Below are positions 35,314 to 45,320 of a stretch of DNA of 64,000 bases, in pieces. Position 1 is the stretch's first letter, and every line of letters begins with the position of its first letter. This DNA is from a virus. A program made the translations under genes and the position numbers. The DNA lies in the IMG/VR virus record IMGVR_UViG_3300032073_000003, positions 55,467 through 119,466 of that record, one strand, 5' to 3'. Under the pieces are notes generated by a model that saw only the letters and a list, made by a program, of their open reading frames with translations, did no database searches and was not told the DNA's origin.

Positions 35314-36032
35314 GTACAATAGTATTACCAACAAAAAAAGTAAAGGCTGAAAGAGTTAATCCAAAAAGATTATTAGTTTATTCTAAACCCAAAACAGGTA
35401 AAACAACCGCATTTGCAGGTTTAGAGGACAACTTAATATTTGATTTAGAAAACGGAGCCGAGTATGTAGAAGCATTAAAAATAAGTATTTCTAGTTTACA
35501 AGAATTATTAGATACAGGTAAAGCCATAAAAGAAAAAGGTAACCCGTATAAATATGTAACTATAGATACAGTAACAGCATTAGAAGAAATGATAATGCCA
35601 CTAGCTATAAAATTATATAAAAAAACACCTATGGGTAAAAATTTCTCTGGAGACAGTGTAATTACATTACCAAATGGTGCAGGCTATTTATATATTCGTC
35701 AAGCATTTTTTCAAGTTTTAGATTTTATTGATACATTAGCACCTACAATTATTTTATCTGGTCACATTAAAGATAAAGTTGTAGATGATAAAGGAGATAT
35801 GGTTATGTCTGCAAATATAGACTTAACAGGAAAAATAAAATCTTTGATTTGTGCAAATTCTGACGCAATAGGATATATGTATAGAAAAGGTAATCAAACT
35901 ATCATGTCTTTTAAAAGTAATGATGAAGTTACTTGTGGTGCTCGTCCAGAGCATTTACGTAATGAAGAAATAGTAATTACCGAAATGATTGACGGTGTTG
36001 TAAAAACATCATGGGAAAAAGTGTTTATTTAA
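35310..36032 (+). CDS. Sak4/AAA_24-like recombination ATPase
   Basis: YSKPKTGKTT, FDLENG, TIDTVT, ILSGHIK. Confidence 0.85.
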   Translation: MSTIVLPTKKVKAERVNPKRLLVYSKPKTGKTTAFAGLEDNLIFDLENGAEYVEALKISISSLQELLDTGKAIKEKGNPYKYVTIDTVTALEEMIMPLAIKLYKKTPMGKNFSGDSVITLPNGAGYLYIRQAFFQVLDFIDTLAPTIILSGHIKDKVVDDKGDMVMSANIDLTGKIKSLICANSDAIGYMYRKGNQTIMSFKSNDEVTCGARPEHLRNEEIVITEMIDGVVKTSWEKVFI

Positions 36033-36053
36033 TAATTAAAAAAAAAGAAGAAG

Positions 36054-36734
36054 ATGGCTTTAAGTACAGAAGACTTAGGAACCGGATCTGGATCTGGTTT
36101 ACCAAAAACAATTAGTCCAGGAAATAATGTGTTAAAAATTAACAATGTAACTCTTGATGAGTTTAAATTTATTGATAATGCTTATCACTTAACATTACAT
36201 GTAGAAAGTAAACCTATTGACGGATTTGAAGGTTTTATGATTGATCGTAATAATCCTGATGCAGGTAAATATAGTGGACAAATTGGTAGAATTAAAGCAA
36301 GTCAATATGCATTTGCTGATGGTGAAACTAAATCAGGAATTAAAATTCAAAGAGATAAATCTATTTTAATATTTTTACAAAATCTTTGTAAAACATTAGG
36401 AATTAATGATTGGATGTCAAAACAACATAATCAACATGAAACAATTGAAGATTTTGTTCAAGCGTTTAATAATGATAAACCATTTAAAGATGTATATCTC
36501 GAATTTTGTGTAGCAGGTAAAGAGTATATGGGTAAAACAGGATATACTAATTATGATATGTGGTTACCAAAAGCACAAGGTGGAAAATATGCTACAGGAA
36601 CAGTTGATAGTGGAAAAGTTATTACTTATAATGAAGATATTCATTTAAAGAAACTTGAAAATAAACCAGTAGAAACTTTTGGAGATGAAGATTTTTCTAA
36701 ATCACCATCTAACTCAGATTTCTCTTTAGACTAA
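36054..36734 (+). CDS. Conserved crAss-like protein (possible SSB partner of the Sak4-like ATPase)
   Basis: 226 aa with an acidic/aromatic C-terminal tail (DFSLD); follows the Sak4-like gene. Confidence 0.5.
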   Translation: MALSTEDLGTGSGSGLPKTISPGNNVLKINNVTLDEFKFIDNAYHLTLHVESKPIDGFEGFMIDRNNPDAGKYSGQIGRIKASQYAFADGETKSGIKIQRDKSILIFLQNLCKTLGINDWMSKQHNQHETIEDFVQAFNNDKPFKDVYLEFCVAGKEYMGKTGYTNYDMWLPKAQGGKYATGTVDSGKVITYNEDIHLKKLENKPVETFGDEDFSKSPSNSDFSLD

Positions 36735-36747
36735 TAAATTAAGTAAA

Positions 36748-36772
36748 GGGGAAAATCTAAGTGGTTTTCCCC
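36748..36772 (+). terminator. Terminator-like hairpin
   Basis: GGGGAAAA/TTTTCCCC. Confidence 0.55.
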
Positions 36773-36793
36773 AAACTTTTAAATTTTTAGTCT

Positions 36794-37771
36794 ATGATTT
36801 CTACAAAAACAATTATATCTGACCTTAATGACATACCTAGAGAATGGGTATTTGAATATTATTTAAATCTTACTGAAAGATTATCTGGTCAAAGTCTTAA
36901 AATAAAATCTATTTTTAGCGGAAAAGATAAAGTACCTTCAATGTGTATATATATTGATTCTAATAATAGATATAAATTCAAAGATTTTTCATCGGGATAT
37001 GGTGGAGATGGTTTGAATTTGGTTATGTATTTATTTAATTTAGGAAGTAGAGGTAAAGCTTCATTTAAAATCATGGATGATTATAATGAATATATTTCTA
37101 ATAATAGTTATATACCTTTAGAATACAAACCTGAAAGTAAATATGCAGTTTCTAATTATGAAATTAGACATTGGACAACATTTGACAAATCTTATTGGCA
37201 AATTTATAAATTAAATTCTCATTTACTAGGAGAATATAATGTTTACCCATTATCATTTTATCAAATGACTAAAGAAGATGATGGTAGAATATTAGATTCT
37301 ATAACAATTAATGGTAATTTTATTTATGGATATTTTAGAGAAGATGGTTCTTTATATAAAATATATACTCCTAAAAATAAAGATAATAAATTTATTAAGG
37401 TAAAAGATTATATACAGGGAAATGACCAAATAAAATTTGAATCTAAATATCTTGTTATACTATCCTCTCTTAAAGATTTAATGTGTTTTAAATTACTAGA
37501 AATTGGTAATACTGAATGCATTGCTCCAGATAGTGAGAATAGTGTAATTCCAACTAATCTTATGGAAACCTATATAAATAAATTTGATAAAGTATTTGTA
37601 CTATTTGATAATGATGAGCCTGGTATTAAATCTGCTCAAAGATATCAAAAACAATATGGATTTGATTTTATTAATCTTGATATGTCAAAAGATCTTTCTG
37701 ATTCTATTAAAGATACTAATATAGAAACTGTTAGAGAAGAAGTATTTAAATTACTAAAAAATAAAATATGA
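36794..37771 (+). CDS. dnaG: DNA primase (Toprim, crAss-like)
   Basis: FKDFSSGYGGD, SSLKD, APDSE, LFDNDEPG, KDLSD motifs. Confidence 0.9.
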   Translation: MISTKTIISDLNDIPREWVFEYYLNLTERLSGQSLKIKSIFSGKDKVPSMCIYIDSNNRYKFKDFSSGYGGDGLNLVMYLFNLGSRGKASFKIMDDYNEYISNNSYIPLEYKPESKYAVSNYEIRHWTTFDKSYWQIYKLNSHLLGEYNVYPLSFYQMTKEDDGRILDSITINGNFIYGYFREDGSLYKIYTPKNKDNKFIKVKDYIQGNDQIKFESKYLVILSSLKDLMCFKLLEIGNTECIAPDSENSVIPTNLMETYINKFDKVFVLFDNDEPGIKSAQRYQKQYGFDFINLDMSKDLSDSIKDTNIETVREEVFKLLKNKI

Positions 37772-38196
37772 ATTGGTTATATGAAGCAAAAGAATTTACA
37801 GATGATATGATTCCTGACAAAGCTATAGGTTTTGTTTATGAAATGGAAGCAATTATTGATGGTAAATCTATGCGTTATATAGGTAAAAAAAACTTTTATA
37901 GTAATAGAAAAAAAAAGTTTGGTAAAAAAGCTTTAGCTGCAATAACAGATAAAAGAGTTAAGAAATATGAAATAGTCACTAAGCTTAACTATATAAATTA
38001 TTATAGTAGCAATGATATTTTAAAAGCAGCACATAAGGCAGGAATTCCTATTAAAAGATATATACTTAAAATATGTTACTCTAAATCTGAGTTAACATAT
38101 TATGAAACTAAATATCAATTTAACAAAGAAGTTCTAGAAAGAGATGAATACCTAAATGGAAACATATTAGGTAAATTTTACAAATTTAAATCGTAA
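37768..38196 (+). CDS. GIY-YIG nuclease (T4 endonuclease II-like)
   Basis: GFVY...YIGKK, YYSS, YYET...N.NI. Confidence 0.75.
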   Translation: MNWLYEAKEFTDDMIPDKAIGFVYEMEAIIDGKSMRYIGKKNFYSNRKKKFGKKALAAITDKRVKKYEIVTKLNYINYYSSNDILKAAHKAGIPIKRYILKICYSKSELTYYETKYQFNKEVLERDEYLNGNILGKFYKFKS

Positions 38197-38202
38197 ATAT
38201 TT

Positions 38203-38619
38203 ATGAAAGAATCAGATATTATGGGAGCTTTGTTTGAGCTTCACCAAGCAGGTATTAAAGGAATAAATATATATTATGAAGGAAGTGGAGATAGTGGATA
38301 TATTGAAAGTTCAGTTTATACAAAAGATGAATTATCTGACAATATAGATGATGCATTTGATGAAATACAAGAATTAGATTCATGGAGTAGTACAAACAGT
38401 GATATAAGAAAAGATTTCCCGAATCTATGGGATAAATTAGAGAGTTTTGCTGATGAAGCTATATTAAATAATATAGAAGATTGGTGGAATAATGAAGGTG
38501 GTTATGGTAATTTATGCATAATAGTTCCTTCTGGTAAATATAAAGTATATAATAAAATACGTTATACTCAAGTAGAGGACTACTACCATGAAGGTGAACT
38601 ACTTGAAAAAGCAGATTAG
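38203..38619 (+). CDS. DUF6878-like protein
   Basis: YEGSGDSGYIE and DWWNNEGGYG motifs. Confidence 0.6.
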   Translation: MKESDIMGALFELHQAGIKGINIYYEGSGDSGYIESSVYTKDELSDNIDDAFDEIQELDSWSSTNSDIRKDFPNLWDKLESFADEAILNNIEDWWNNEGGYGNLCIIVPSGKYKVYNKIRYTQVEDYYHEGELLEKAD

Positions 38620-38621
38620 TT

Positions 38622-38963
38622 ATGGCACATCCAATGTTACATGCTAAATCATCTGTAAAAAAATGGGGTGGTATACCTGAAGATTATATTCATATACATG
38701 AATGGTTTGATGCAACTAAAGCCTGGATTGGTCATAGTAAGCATAGAATGTTTAGACATCATAGTGAAGGTATATTTGAATGTGAACAATATTTTGGTAA
38801 ATCATTTACAAATTCAGATGGTAAAACTGTATATACTAGATATGTTGGAGAACAACATGTTAAAGAAGATTGTAATAATTACATACCTTCCGCAAAAGAA
38901 TGGGTGGATAATATAAATACACCGACAAAATGGATGATTAAAACTTTAAAAATTGAAGACTAA
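38622..38963 (+). CDS. DUF6915-like His-rich protein
   Basis: MAHP..HAKSSVKKWGG..EDY..IH.WFD, HR..RHH.EGIF, EQHV.ED. Confidence 0.7.
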   Translation: MAHPMLHAKSSVKKWGGIPEDYIHIHEWFDATKAWIGHSKHRMFRHHSEGIFECEQYFGKSFTNSDGKTVYTRYVGEQHVKEDCNNYIPSAKEWVDNINTPTKWMIKTLKIED

Positions 38964-39355
38964 TGATTTTTGATAAAGAAGAAACACGTAATTTATTAAA
39001 TATGTTAAGATCACCAGATGCTGATAATCATATTATAGCATTTGAATCTTTAAACAACATAGATTATAAAAACTATACTGGTGAATTAATTGTAATGTAT
39101 AAATACTCTGGACATAAATTAGAGTATTGGCAAGAAAAATGTCTTAAAGGATATGAATATTTATTAAAACATGTTCCTGATTATCAACTTACAAGCCCTA
39201 AAACTTTAAGTTTAATTAAAGATAAAAAAGGATCTAATGCTTCAATAGAAATATTTATGGAATATTTTATTAAAGATATGACACAAATGTTAGAATCAAT
39301 TGGATACCCTACAGATGCTTTTGAAATTAATATAAAATTAAAAGAAAATGGATAA
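38963..39355 (+). CDS. Hypothetical protein
   Basis: 130 aa ORF. Confidence 0.6.
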   Translation: MIFDKEETRNLLNMLRSPDADNHIIAFESLNNIDYKNYTGELIVMYKYSGHKLEYWQEKCLKGYEYLLKHVPDYQLTSPKTLSLIKDKKGSNASIEIFMEYFIKDMTQMLESIGYPTDAFEINIKLKENG

Positions 39356-40529
39356 ACAGAGAAGTTTAAGTAAAATTGGTAAAGAATTAATGTTGAAAGA
39401 ACCTTATTATGGGTTCTTTCTTATTATGCTTAATAAATTGTGGAGTAATAAACTCCCTACAGCAGGTGTAAGTAAACAAAATATAAACTTCCAGCTTGCT
39501 ATTAATCCTGAATTTTGGGAGAGTTTATCTGAACAACATCAGATGGGGTTATTAAAGCATGAGTTATTACATATTGCTTTTAATCATCTTACTACATTTA
39601 GTATGTTTCAAGATAAAAAACTTGCTAATGTTGCAATGGATATGGAAATCAATCAATATATAGATAAAGATTGGTTACCTGAAGGTGGTATTGATATTGA
39701 TACTTATGCACCTGACTTAGATCTTGATAGAAGAGCAGGTAGTAGATATTATTATAATAAATTAAAACAATTTCAAGAAGACAAAGATCAAAATGGAACT
39801 TGTGGATGCGGTAATATGGATAGTTTGTTAGAAAATATAGAAAATGGAGATGTTCCTGATCATAGTACTTGGGAAGAATTTGAAAACTTACCAGAAGCTG
39901 AAAAAAAGTTAGTTGAAAAACAATTACAAAAAATTCTTAGTGATGCTAAAGAACAAACTATTAAAAAACAAGGAACTATTCCAGGTGAAATAGAAGATGT
40001 AATTATTATTGAAGAAATCTTACCTCCTAAATTTGATTGGAGAGGGTTTATTAGAAGATTTACAGGTGTAAGTACTAAAGTTTTTACTAGAAAAATTAGA
40101 AGAAAAGAGAATCGTAGATTTGAAGCTAATCCTGGTCTTAAAATAAAAATGAAACAGCATATGCTATTAGGTATTGATACTTCAGGTTCTGTAAGTAATA
40201 GTGAACTTAAAGAATTTATGAATGAGATAAATCATATTTATAAATGTGGTGTAGAAATAACTATAATTCAATGTGATACTGAAATTAAATCTATAACAGA
40301 ATATAAAGGTAAAAATGATTTAGAGATAAAAGGAAGAGGTGGAACTTATTTTGATCCCGTTATAGAATATTTTAATGCTAATCAAAGAAAATATACTAGT
40401 CTTGTATATTTTACTGATGGTGAAGCAACAGCATATGTAAAACCTCGAGGTCATGTATTATGGGTTTTATCTGAACAATCTTATTTAAATAAAGATTTAC
40501 CAGGTAAAGTAATAAAATTAGAATTATGA
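39348..40529 (+). CDS. Metallopeptidase-like + vWA domain protein (DUF2201 family)
   Basis: LKHELLH (HExxH); MIDAS GIDTSGS, IQCDT, GRGGT, FTDG. Confidence 0.88.
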   Translation: MDKQRSLSKIGKELMLKEPYYGFFLIMLNKLWSNKLPTAGVSKQNINFQLAINPEFWESLSEQHQMGLLKHELLHIAFNHLTTFSMFQDKKLANVAMDMEINQYIDKDWLPEGGIDIDTYAPDLDLDRRAGSRYYYNKLKQFQEDKDQNGTCGCGNMDSLLENIENGDVPDHSTWEEFENLPEAEKKLVEKQLQKILSDAKEQTIKKQGTIPGEIEDVIIIEEILPPKFDWRGFIRRFTGVSTKVFTRKIRRKENRRFEANPGLKIKMKQHMLLGIDTSGSVSNSELKEFMNEINHIYKCGVEITIIQCDTEIKSITEYKGKNDLEIKGRGGTYFDPVIEYFNANQRKYTSLVYFTDGEATAYVKPRGHVLWVLSEQSYLNKDLPGKVIKLEL

Positions 40530-40696
40530 TTTGTTGTATATGCAAAGAAGAAGTAAATGAAAAATATGGAAATAATCCTCAACCTGTTAAACAGAGTGGA
40601 AGATGTTGTAATGATTGTAATTACACGGTAGTAGTACCAACTAGAATGAACCAATTATTATTATTAACAAGTAAAGAAGAAAAAGAAAATGACTGA
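40526..40696 (+). CDS. Small Zn-finger protein (56 aa, not in track)
   Basis: MICCICKEE...GNNPQPV...GRCCNDCN; overlaps both neighbours. Confidence 0.65.
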   Translation: MICCICKEEVNEKYGNNPQPVKQSGRCCNDCNYTVVVPTRMNQLLLLTSKEEKEND

Positions 40697-41861
40697 TCAA
40701 ACACAATTAAACGTAGAAGAATTAAAAGATTTTATCAAGCATATGGTTAAAAATAACCAACATATACAAAGCGAAGGTAAAGTACCTGTAGCAATTAATA
40801 TAGAAGGTGATGCTGGTCTTGGTAAAACTTCTGCAATTATGCAACTTGGTAGTGAATTAGAAATGGAAGTTGTAAAGTTGAATTTATCTCAACTTGAGGA
40901 ATTAGGTGATTTAGTTGGATTTCCTGTTAAAGAATTTCAAATACAAAATAAAGAAGGTAAAACTACTTGGATTAATGAGTCTCAAATAAATGCGGCAAGT
41001 GCAAAAGGATATAAAGTAATTAGTAAAAGAATGTCTCATGCTGCACCTGAATGGATTGAAGGTAAGGGTGAAGGTGGATTTTTAATTCTTGATGACTATA
41101 CTCGTGCTGATGCAAGATTTATGCAAGCAACTATGGAAATCTTAGATAGACAAGAATATGTTTCTTGGAAACTTCCAAAGAACTGGCATGTAATCTTAAC
41201 TACTAATCCAGATAATGGTGATTATAATGTTACTAGTCTTGATGTAGCTCAGAAAACTAGATTTATTTCTGTTGAATTAAAATATGATTCTGACGTGTGG
41301 GCTAAATGGGCTGAACATGCAAATATAGATGGTAGATGTATAAACTTTATGTTGATGCATCCAGAATTGGTAACTCAAAAAGTTAATCCAAGATCTATTA
41401 CTACATTTTTTAATGCTATTAGCTCTGTTGAAAAATTTGATGAAAAGTTACCTTTAATTCAGATGATCGGAGAGGGTTCTGTAGGTGTTGATTTTAGTTC
41501 TATGTTTACTATGTTCATTAATAATAAACTAGATAAGATTATTATGCCTAAAGACATCTTAGAAAAAGATGAACAATATGTATTGAATACTCTTATTAAT
41601 GCTGTTGGTCAAGATGACGATTTTAGAGCTGATATTTCTAGTGTTATTGCAACTCGTGTAATTAACTATTCTTTAGCTTTAGCTGAGAAAGGAGTAGTAG
41701 GACAACCGATAATTGACAGATTATCTTTACTTTCAACAGAATGTGATGCGTTTACAGATGATCTTAAATACTATATGGTAAAAGAGATAGTAAATGGAAA
41801 CAAACCTAAATTTCAAAAAATGATGATGAATCAAAAGGTGGTGAAGATGGCTGTAAAGTAA
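40689..41861 (+). CDS. MoxR-like AAA+ ATPase
   Basis: GDAGLGKT, LILDDYTRA, LTTNP, LDVAQKTRF, PRS. Confidence 0.88.
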   Translation: MTDQTQLNVEELKDFIKHMVKNNQHIQSEGKVPVAINIEGDAGLGKTSAIMQLGSELEMEVVKLNLSQLEELGDLVGFPVKEFQIQNKEGKTTWINESQINAASAKGYKVISKRMSHAAPEWIEGKGEGGFLILDDYTRADARFMQATMEILDRQEYVSWKLPKNWHVILTTNPDNGDYNVTSLDVAQKTRFISVELKYDSDVWAKWAEHANIDGRCINFMLMHPELVTQKVNPRSITTFFNAISSVEKFDEKLPLIQMIGEGSVGVDFSSMFTMFINNKLDKIIMPKDILEKDEQYVLNTLINAVGQDDDFRADISSVIATRVINYSLALAEKGVVGQPIIDRLSLLSTECDAFTDDLKYYMVKEIVNGNKPKFQKMMMNQKVVKMAVK

Positions 41862-41918
41862 ATCAACCGTAGAAGGTTTCCACTTTAAAGAATCAAAATT
41901 ATAATTAAAAACAAATCT

Positions 41919-41940
41919 AAAGGGGGGTAATTCCCCCTTT
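41919..41940 (+). terminator. Intrinsic terminator
   Basis: AAAGGGGG/CCCCCTTT stem. Confidence 0.7.
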
Positions 41941-41957
41941 ATTTATTATTAATAAAT

Positions 41958-43247
41958 ATGGAAAGAGGATTTAAAATAGATTTAAGTGTTGATTATGACA
42001 CTAATCTTATAGAAGGAATAGAAATTACAACTTTTATTGTTAATAATGATAAAGGTAGTATATTAAATATTACTGATAATGTATATACTCCTGTAAATGG
42101 AGACAGATTTTACTTTTTACCAGGTGTAAGTGTACCAAGAGTAAAATTAAAAGATTTAAGTGCTAACTATGGTATTAAAAGTACTAGAAATTTAGAAGAT
42201 GCAACACATATATTTGCTAGTAAACATACTATAGATAAAGTATCTGATTCTATATGGACTTATAGAATACCTACAGAATCTATTAATAAATTATATAAAC
42301 ATATAAAAGAACACCCTGATGTAGATGATTATTATTGTGAAAAACTTGACGCAGCATTATTAAATAATGAATGTGATCATGTTTATTTAGATTATAGTAC
42401 TGCAAGTATTTTTAGAAATTGTGAAGGTGAAATATTTGAAGAAATACGTGAAGAAGAGAATGTTTCAAATTTATTAAAATCTAGTAATTATATGTATACT
42501 ATTAACGACAGTTTTGTTAATGAGATTTTAGAAATAAATACTCTTAATTTACCTATTCTTAATGAGTCTGAACTATTAACTTATATTAATGGAGAAGATG
42601 CTACTGTAATAGATGAAGAAGTATATATGCAACTTGAAAATATGTTTAAAAGTTCAGATGAAGATAATACAGTATTAGCTATGGAAATTATGGCTAACTG
42701 TAACTATGTAGATAGTTTATTATATTTAGAATTACTATTTAAAGAGCATTCTTATTGTATGGAACGAAGTAGAACTAAAAATCATATTAATTTTAAAAGT
42801 TTACTTGCTTTTTTAAATAAAAATAAAAATCATATGAACACAGAAATTGATCAAATCGTACATTCTTTAAAAGGATATGGAGTTTTAACTATTGATAAAC
42901 TTAATTATATTTTAAATAAATATAGTGATGAAATAAACCGTCATGGTAGCACGAATATATTTAAAGTAAAAACTATAACGTTAAATGAAGAGTACCTACA
43001 AGGTCTTAATGTTAATTTTAAATATGAAACAATAGAAGATTTTATTCCAGTTAAACTTGAAGAAGAGGTGATGGATAATATTCCAAATGAAGATATTTCA
43101 AAAGATGATTCTTCCAATGAAGACACTACAGATGCATTAGAAGTTAATGAAGATACTGTAGAAGAAATAGATGATATAAACACTCCAGTAGAGTCCCTGG
43201 AAATAAACACAAATGAAAATGATGACGACAAATTTGAATGGTTCTGA
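41958..43247 (+). CDS. Conserved crAss-like protein with a BRCT-like segment and acidic tail
   Basis: FYFLPG...KLKDL...TRNLEDATHIF resembles BRCT; D/E-rich C-terminus. Confidence 0.55.
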   Translation: MERGFKIDLSVDYDTNLIEGIEITTFIVNNDKGSILNITDNVYTPVNGDRFYFLPGVSVPRVKLKDLSANYGIKSTRNLEDATHIFASKHTIDKVSDSIWTYRIPTESINKLYKHIKEHPDVDDYYCEKLDAALLNNECDHVYLDYSTASIFRNCEGEIFEEIREEENVSNLLKSSNYMYTINDSFVNEILEINTLNLPILNESELLTYINGEDATVIDEEVYMQLENMFKSSDEDNTVLAMEIMANCNYVDSLLYLELLFKEHSYCMERSRTKNHINFKSLLAFLNKNKNHMNTEIDQIVHSLKGYGVLTIDKLNYILNKYSDEINRHGSTNIFKVKTITLNEEYLQGLNVNFKYETIEDFIPVKLEEEVMDNIPNEDISKDDSSNEDTTDALEVNEDTVEEIDDINTPVESLEINTNENDDDKFEWF

Positions 43248-44256
43248 AGCTTTAAAAAAGTTTTATGAAAATAAATTTTATTTTAGTTATAGTGGTTTAA
43301 ATAAACTGCTATATTCTCCGGCAATGTTTTATAATCATTATGTGCTTAATGAAAGAGAAGACCGTACTGATGCCCACCTTGTAGGAGGTAGGGTTTTACA
43401 TTGTCTTTTATTTGAACCTGATACATATGATGATAACTTTACATCATTACCGGGTAAATTACCCACAGATAGTCAAAGAAAAATTATTGATATTATTTTT
43501 AAAAATCATTTGGAAATTAAAAATGAATCATTAACTTTGGATGATTACTCACAAGATATACTTACACAATTACTTTACGCAAATCTTTATCAATCATTAA
43601 AAGATACCAAAGATGGTACTGGTGATGAGAAACGTTTAAAAAAGATTCTTACACAAGAAAATAAAGATTATTTTGAATTTCTTAAACAAAGTCAGAATAG
43701 AACTGTAGTAGATTCACCAACTTTAGATAGCTGCAAAGTGCAAGTGGAAATACTTAAAAATAACGATGATGTTAGAGCTTTATTACAACTTGACAAAACT
43801 GAAGAAGATACTCACATAACAGTTTATAATGAATTACGTCATAAAATGGATCATGATAAATTACCCTTTGGTTTACATGGTATCATAGATAATGCTGTAG
43901 TTGACACTGATTCTAAAACAATATTTATTACAGACTTAAAAACAACTGGTAAATCAGTTGGAGATTTTCCCGATGCTGTTGAATATTATAGATATTGGAT
44001 ACAAGGAGCTATGTATTTTATGCTTGCTGCTGATAAATTTCTAAAAGATTTACCTGAAAAAGAAACTTGGGACATAAAAGTTACATTTATTGTAATAGAT
44101 AAGTATAACTTAGTATATCCTTATCAAGTTTCAGACAAGACGATGCGTGCTTGGAATGAAGATTTTATTGATATATTAATGACAGCAAATTGGCATTATG
44201 ATAATAAAAGATACGATCTACCTTACAAGTTAGCAAAAGGTAACTTTAAATTGTAA
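43213..44256 (+). CDS. PD-(D/E)XK exonuclease (RecE/ExoVIII-like)
   Basis: FSYSGL, GRVLHCLL, HGIID, ITDLKTT, YWIQGAMY. Confidence 0.85.
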   Translation: MKMMTTNLNGSEALKKFYENKFYFSYSGLNKLLYSPAMFYNHYVLNEREDRTDAHLVGGRVLHCLLFEPDTYDDNFTSLPGKLPTDSQRKIIDIIFKNHLEIKNESLTLDDYSQDILTQLLYANLYQSLKDTKDGTGDEKRLKKILTQENKDYFEFLKQSQNRTVVDSPTLDSCKVQVEILKNNDDVRALLQLDKTEEDTHITVYNELRHKMDHDKLPFGLHGIIDNAVVDTDSKTIFITDLKTTGKSVGDFPDAVEYYRYWIQGAMYFMLAADKFLKDLPEKETWDIKVTFIVIDKYNLVYPYQVSDKTMRAWNEDFIDILMTANWHYDNKRYDLPYKLAKGNFKL

Positions 44257-44264
44257 AATGTAAT

Positions 44265-44867
44265 ATGGCTTTAACTTCTATTTATAGTAAATATTTCCAA
44301 AAATCTAAAGTGTTTATATATCCACTTTTAGGTATTAAAAGAGGTTTAAGTGTAGTTCCTAAAGAAACGTATATTTCTTGGGAAGGACATTGTAAACCTG
44401 AAGATATGAAATTAATATGTGTGTATGATTATAGGGAAGATGAAGAATATAAAAAAATAGAAAAAAATATTCTTCTTGAACATAATAGATTATCTGATTA
44501 TACAAAAGTTAAAGCTGAAGTTGTTATTACGTTTGATTTTTCTGATTTAGATCATGATTGGTTTCATTTTATAAATGGTAGATACAGTCAACTAGAAACA
44601 AAAATCAAACAGAAAATTTTAGGATTTTTTGATGTGCATGGAGGTAATTATGCCTATATGCAAAGTTATTTATTACCTGAAAAATATTATGACAATTATT
44701 CAGAAATTTTAGGTGTAGACATAGAAACTCTTAAAAATGTTACAGAATTATGTGATAAACCTAATCTTAATAAAGAAAATTTAATTTTAGATATTGCTGA
44801 TTTAAATAATATACAAGAGAATAATTTATTAAATTTGTCAAAACCAAATAAAAACAATACTATATGA
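44265..44867 (+). CDS. Conserved hypothetical protein
   Basis: 200 aa ORF. Confidence 0.65.
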   Translation: MALTSIYSKYFQKSKVFIYPLLGIKRGLSVVPKETYISWEGHCKPEDMKLICVYDYREDEEYKKIEKNILLEHNRLSDYTKVKAEVVITFDFSDLDHDWFHFINGRYSQLETKIKQKILGFFDVHGGNYAYMQSYLLPEKYYDNYSEILGVDIETLKNVTELCDKPNLNKENLILDIADLNNIQENNLLNLSKPNKNNTI

Positions 44868-45232
44868 GTAAATCAATGATACTTGTTAAATCAAGTTGGC
44901 AAGATGGTGTAACTTTTAAAATGATGCCGATAGAAGAATCATGTCCATATGTAGAATGCATATATGATCCGGAATCTAAAGTTTTTGTAGTTATATCAAA
45001 AATTATAAAAACTAGTTTGCATATGTTACCTAAATTGGATGATTACGGTCAACCAATGACAGGTTCTAAAGGGAAAAAGCAAATTAGAAATAAAATTGAA
45101 GTATTTCAAGAATTTTATATTGAAGAAAAAGATGCAATTGAAGAATTAGTAAATCTTTTTGCAATAAATTCAGATACATTTGAATACAAAAATTTTATGA
45201 AAGAAGAAAAAGAAAAGGAAAGTAAGAAGTAG
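44864..45232 (+). CDS. Conserved hypothetical protein
   Basis: 122 aa ORF. Confidence 0.65.
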   Translation: MSKSMILVKSSWQDGVTFKMMPIEESCPYVECIYDPESKVFVVISKIIKTSLHMLPKLDDYGQPMTGSKGKKQIRNKIEVFQEFYIEEKDAIEELVNLFAINSDTFEYKNFMKEEKEKESKK

Positions 45233-45251
45233 TAATAATTTACAATTAAGG

Positions 45252-45283
45252 AAAGAGGATAATTAATTTTATCCTCTTTTTTT
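45252..45283 (+). terminator. Intrinsic terminator
   Basis: AAAGAGGATAA/TTATCCTCTTT plus T run. Confidence 0.7.
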
Positions 45284-45320
45284 ATCTAAAAACGGGGGAA
45301 CAGCTTAACTGAACTAGCTT

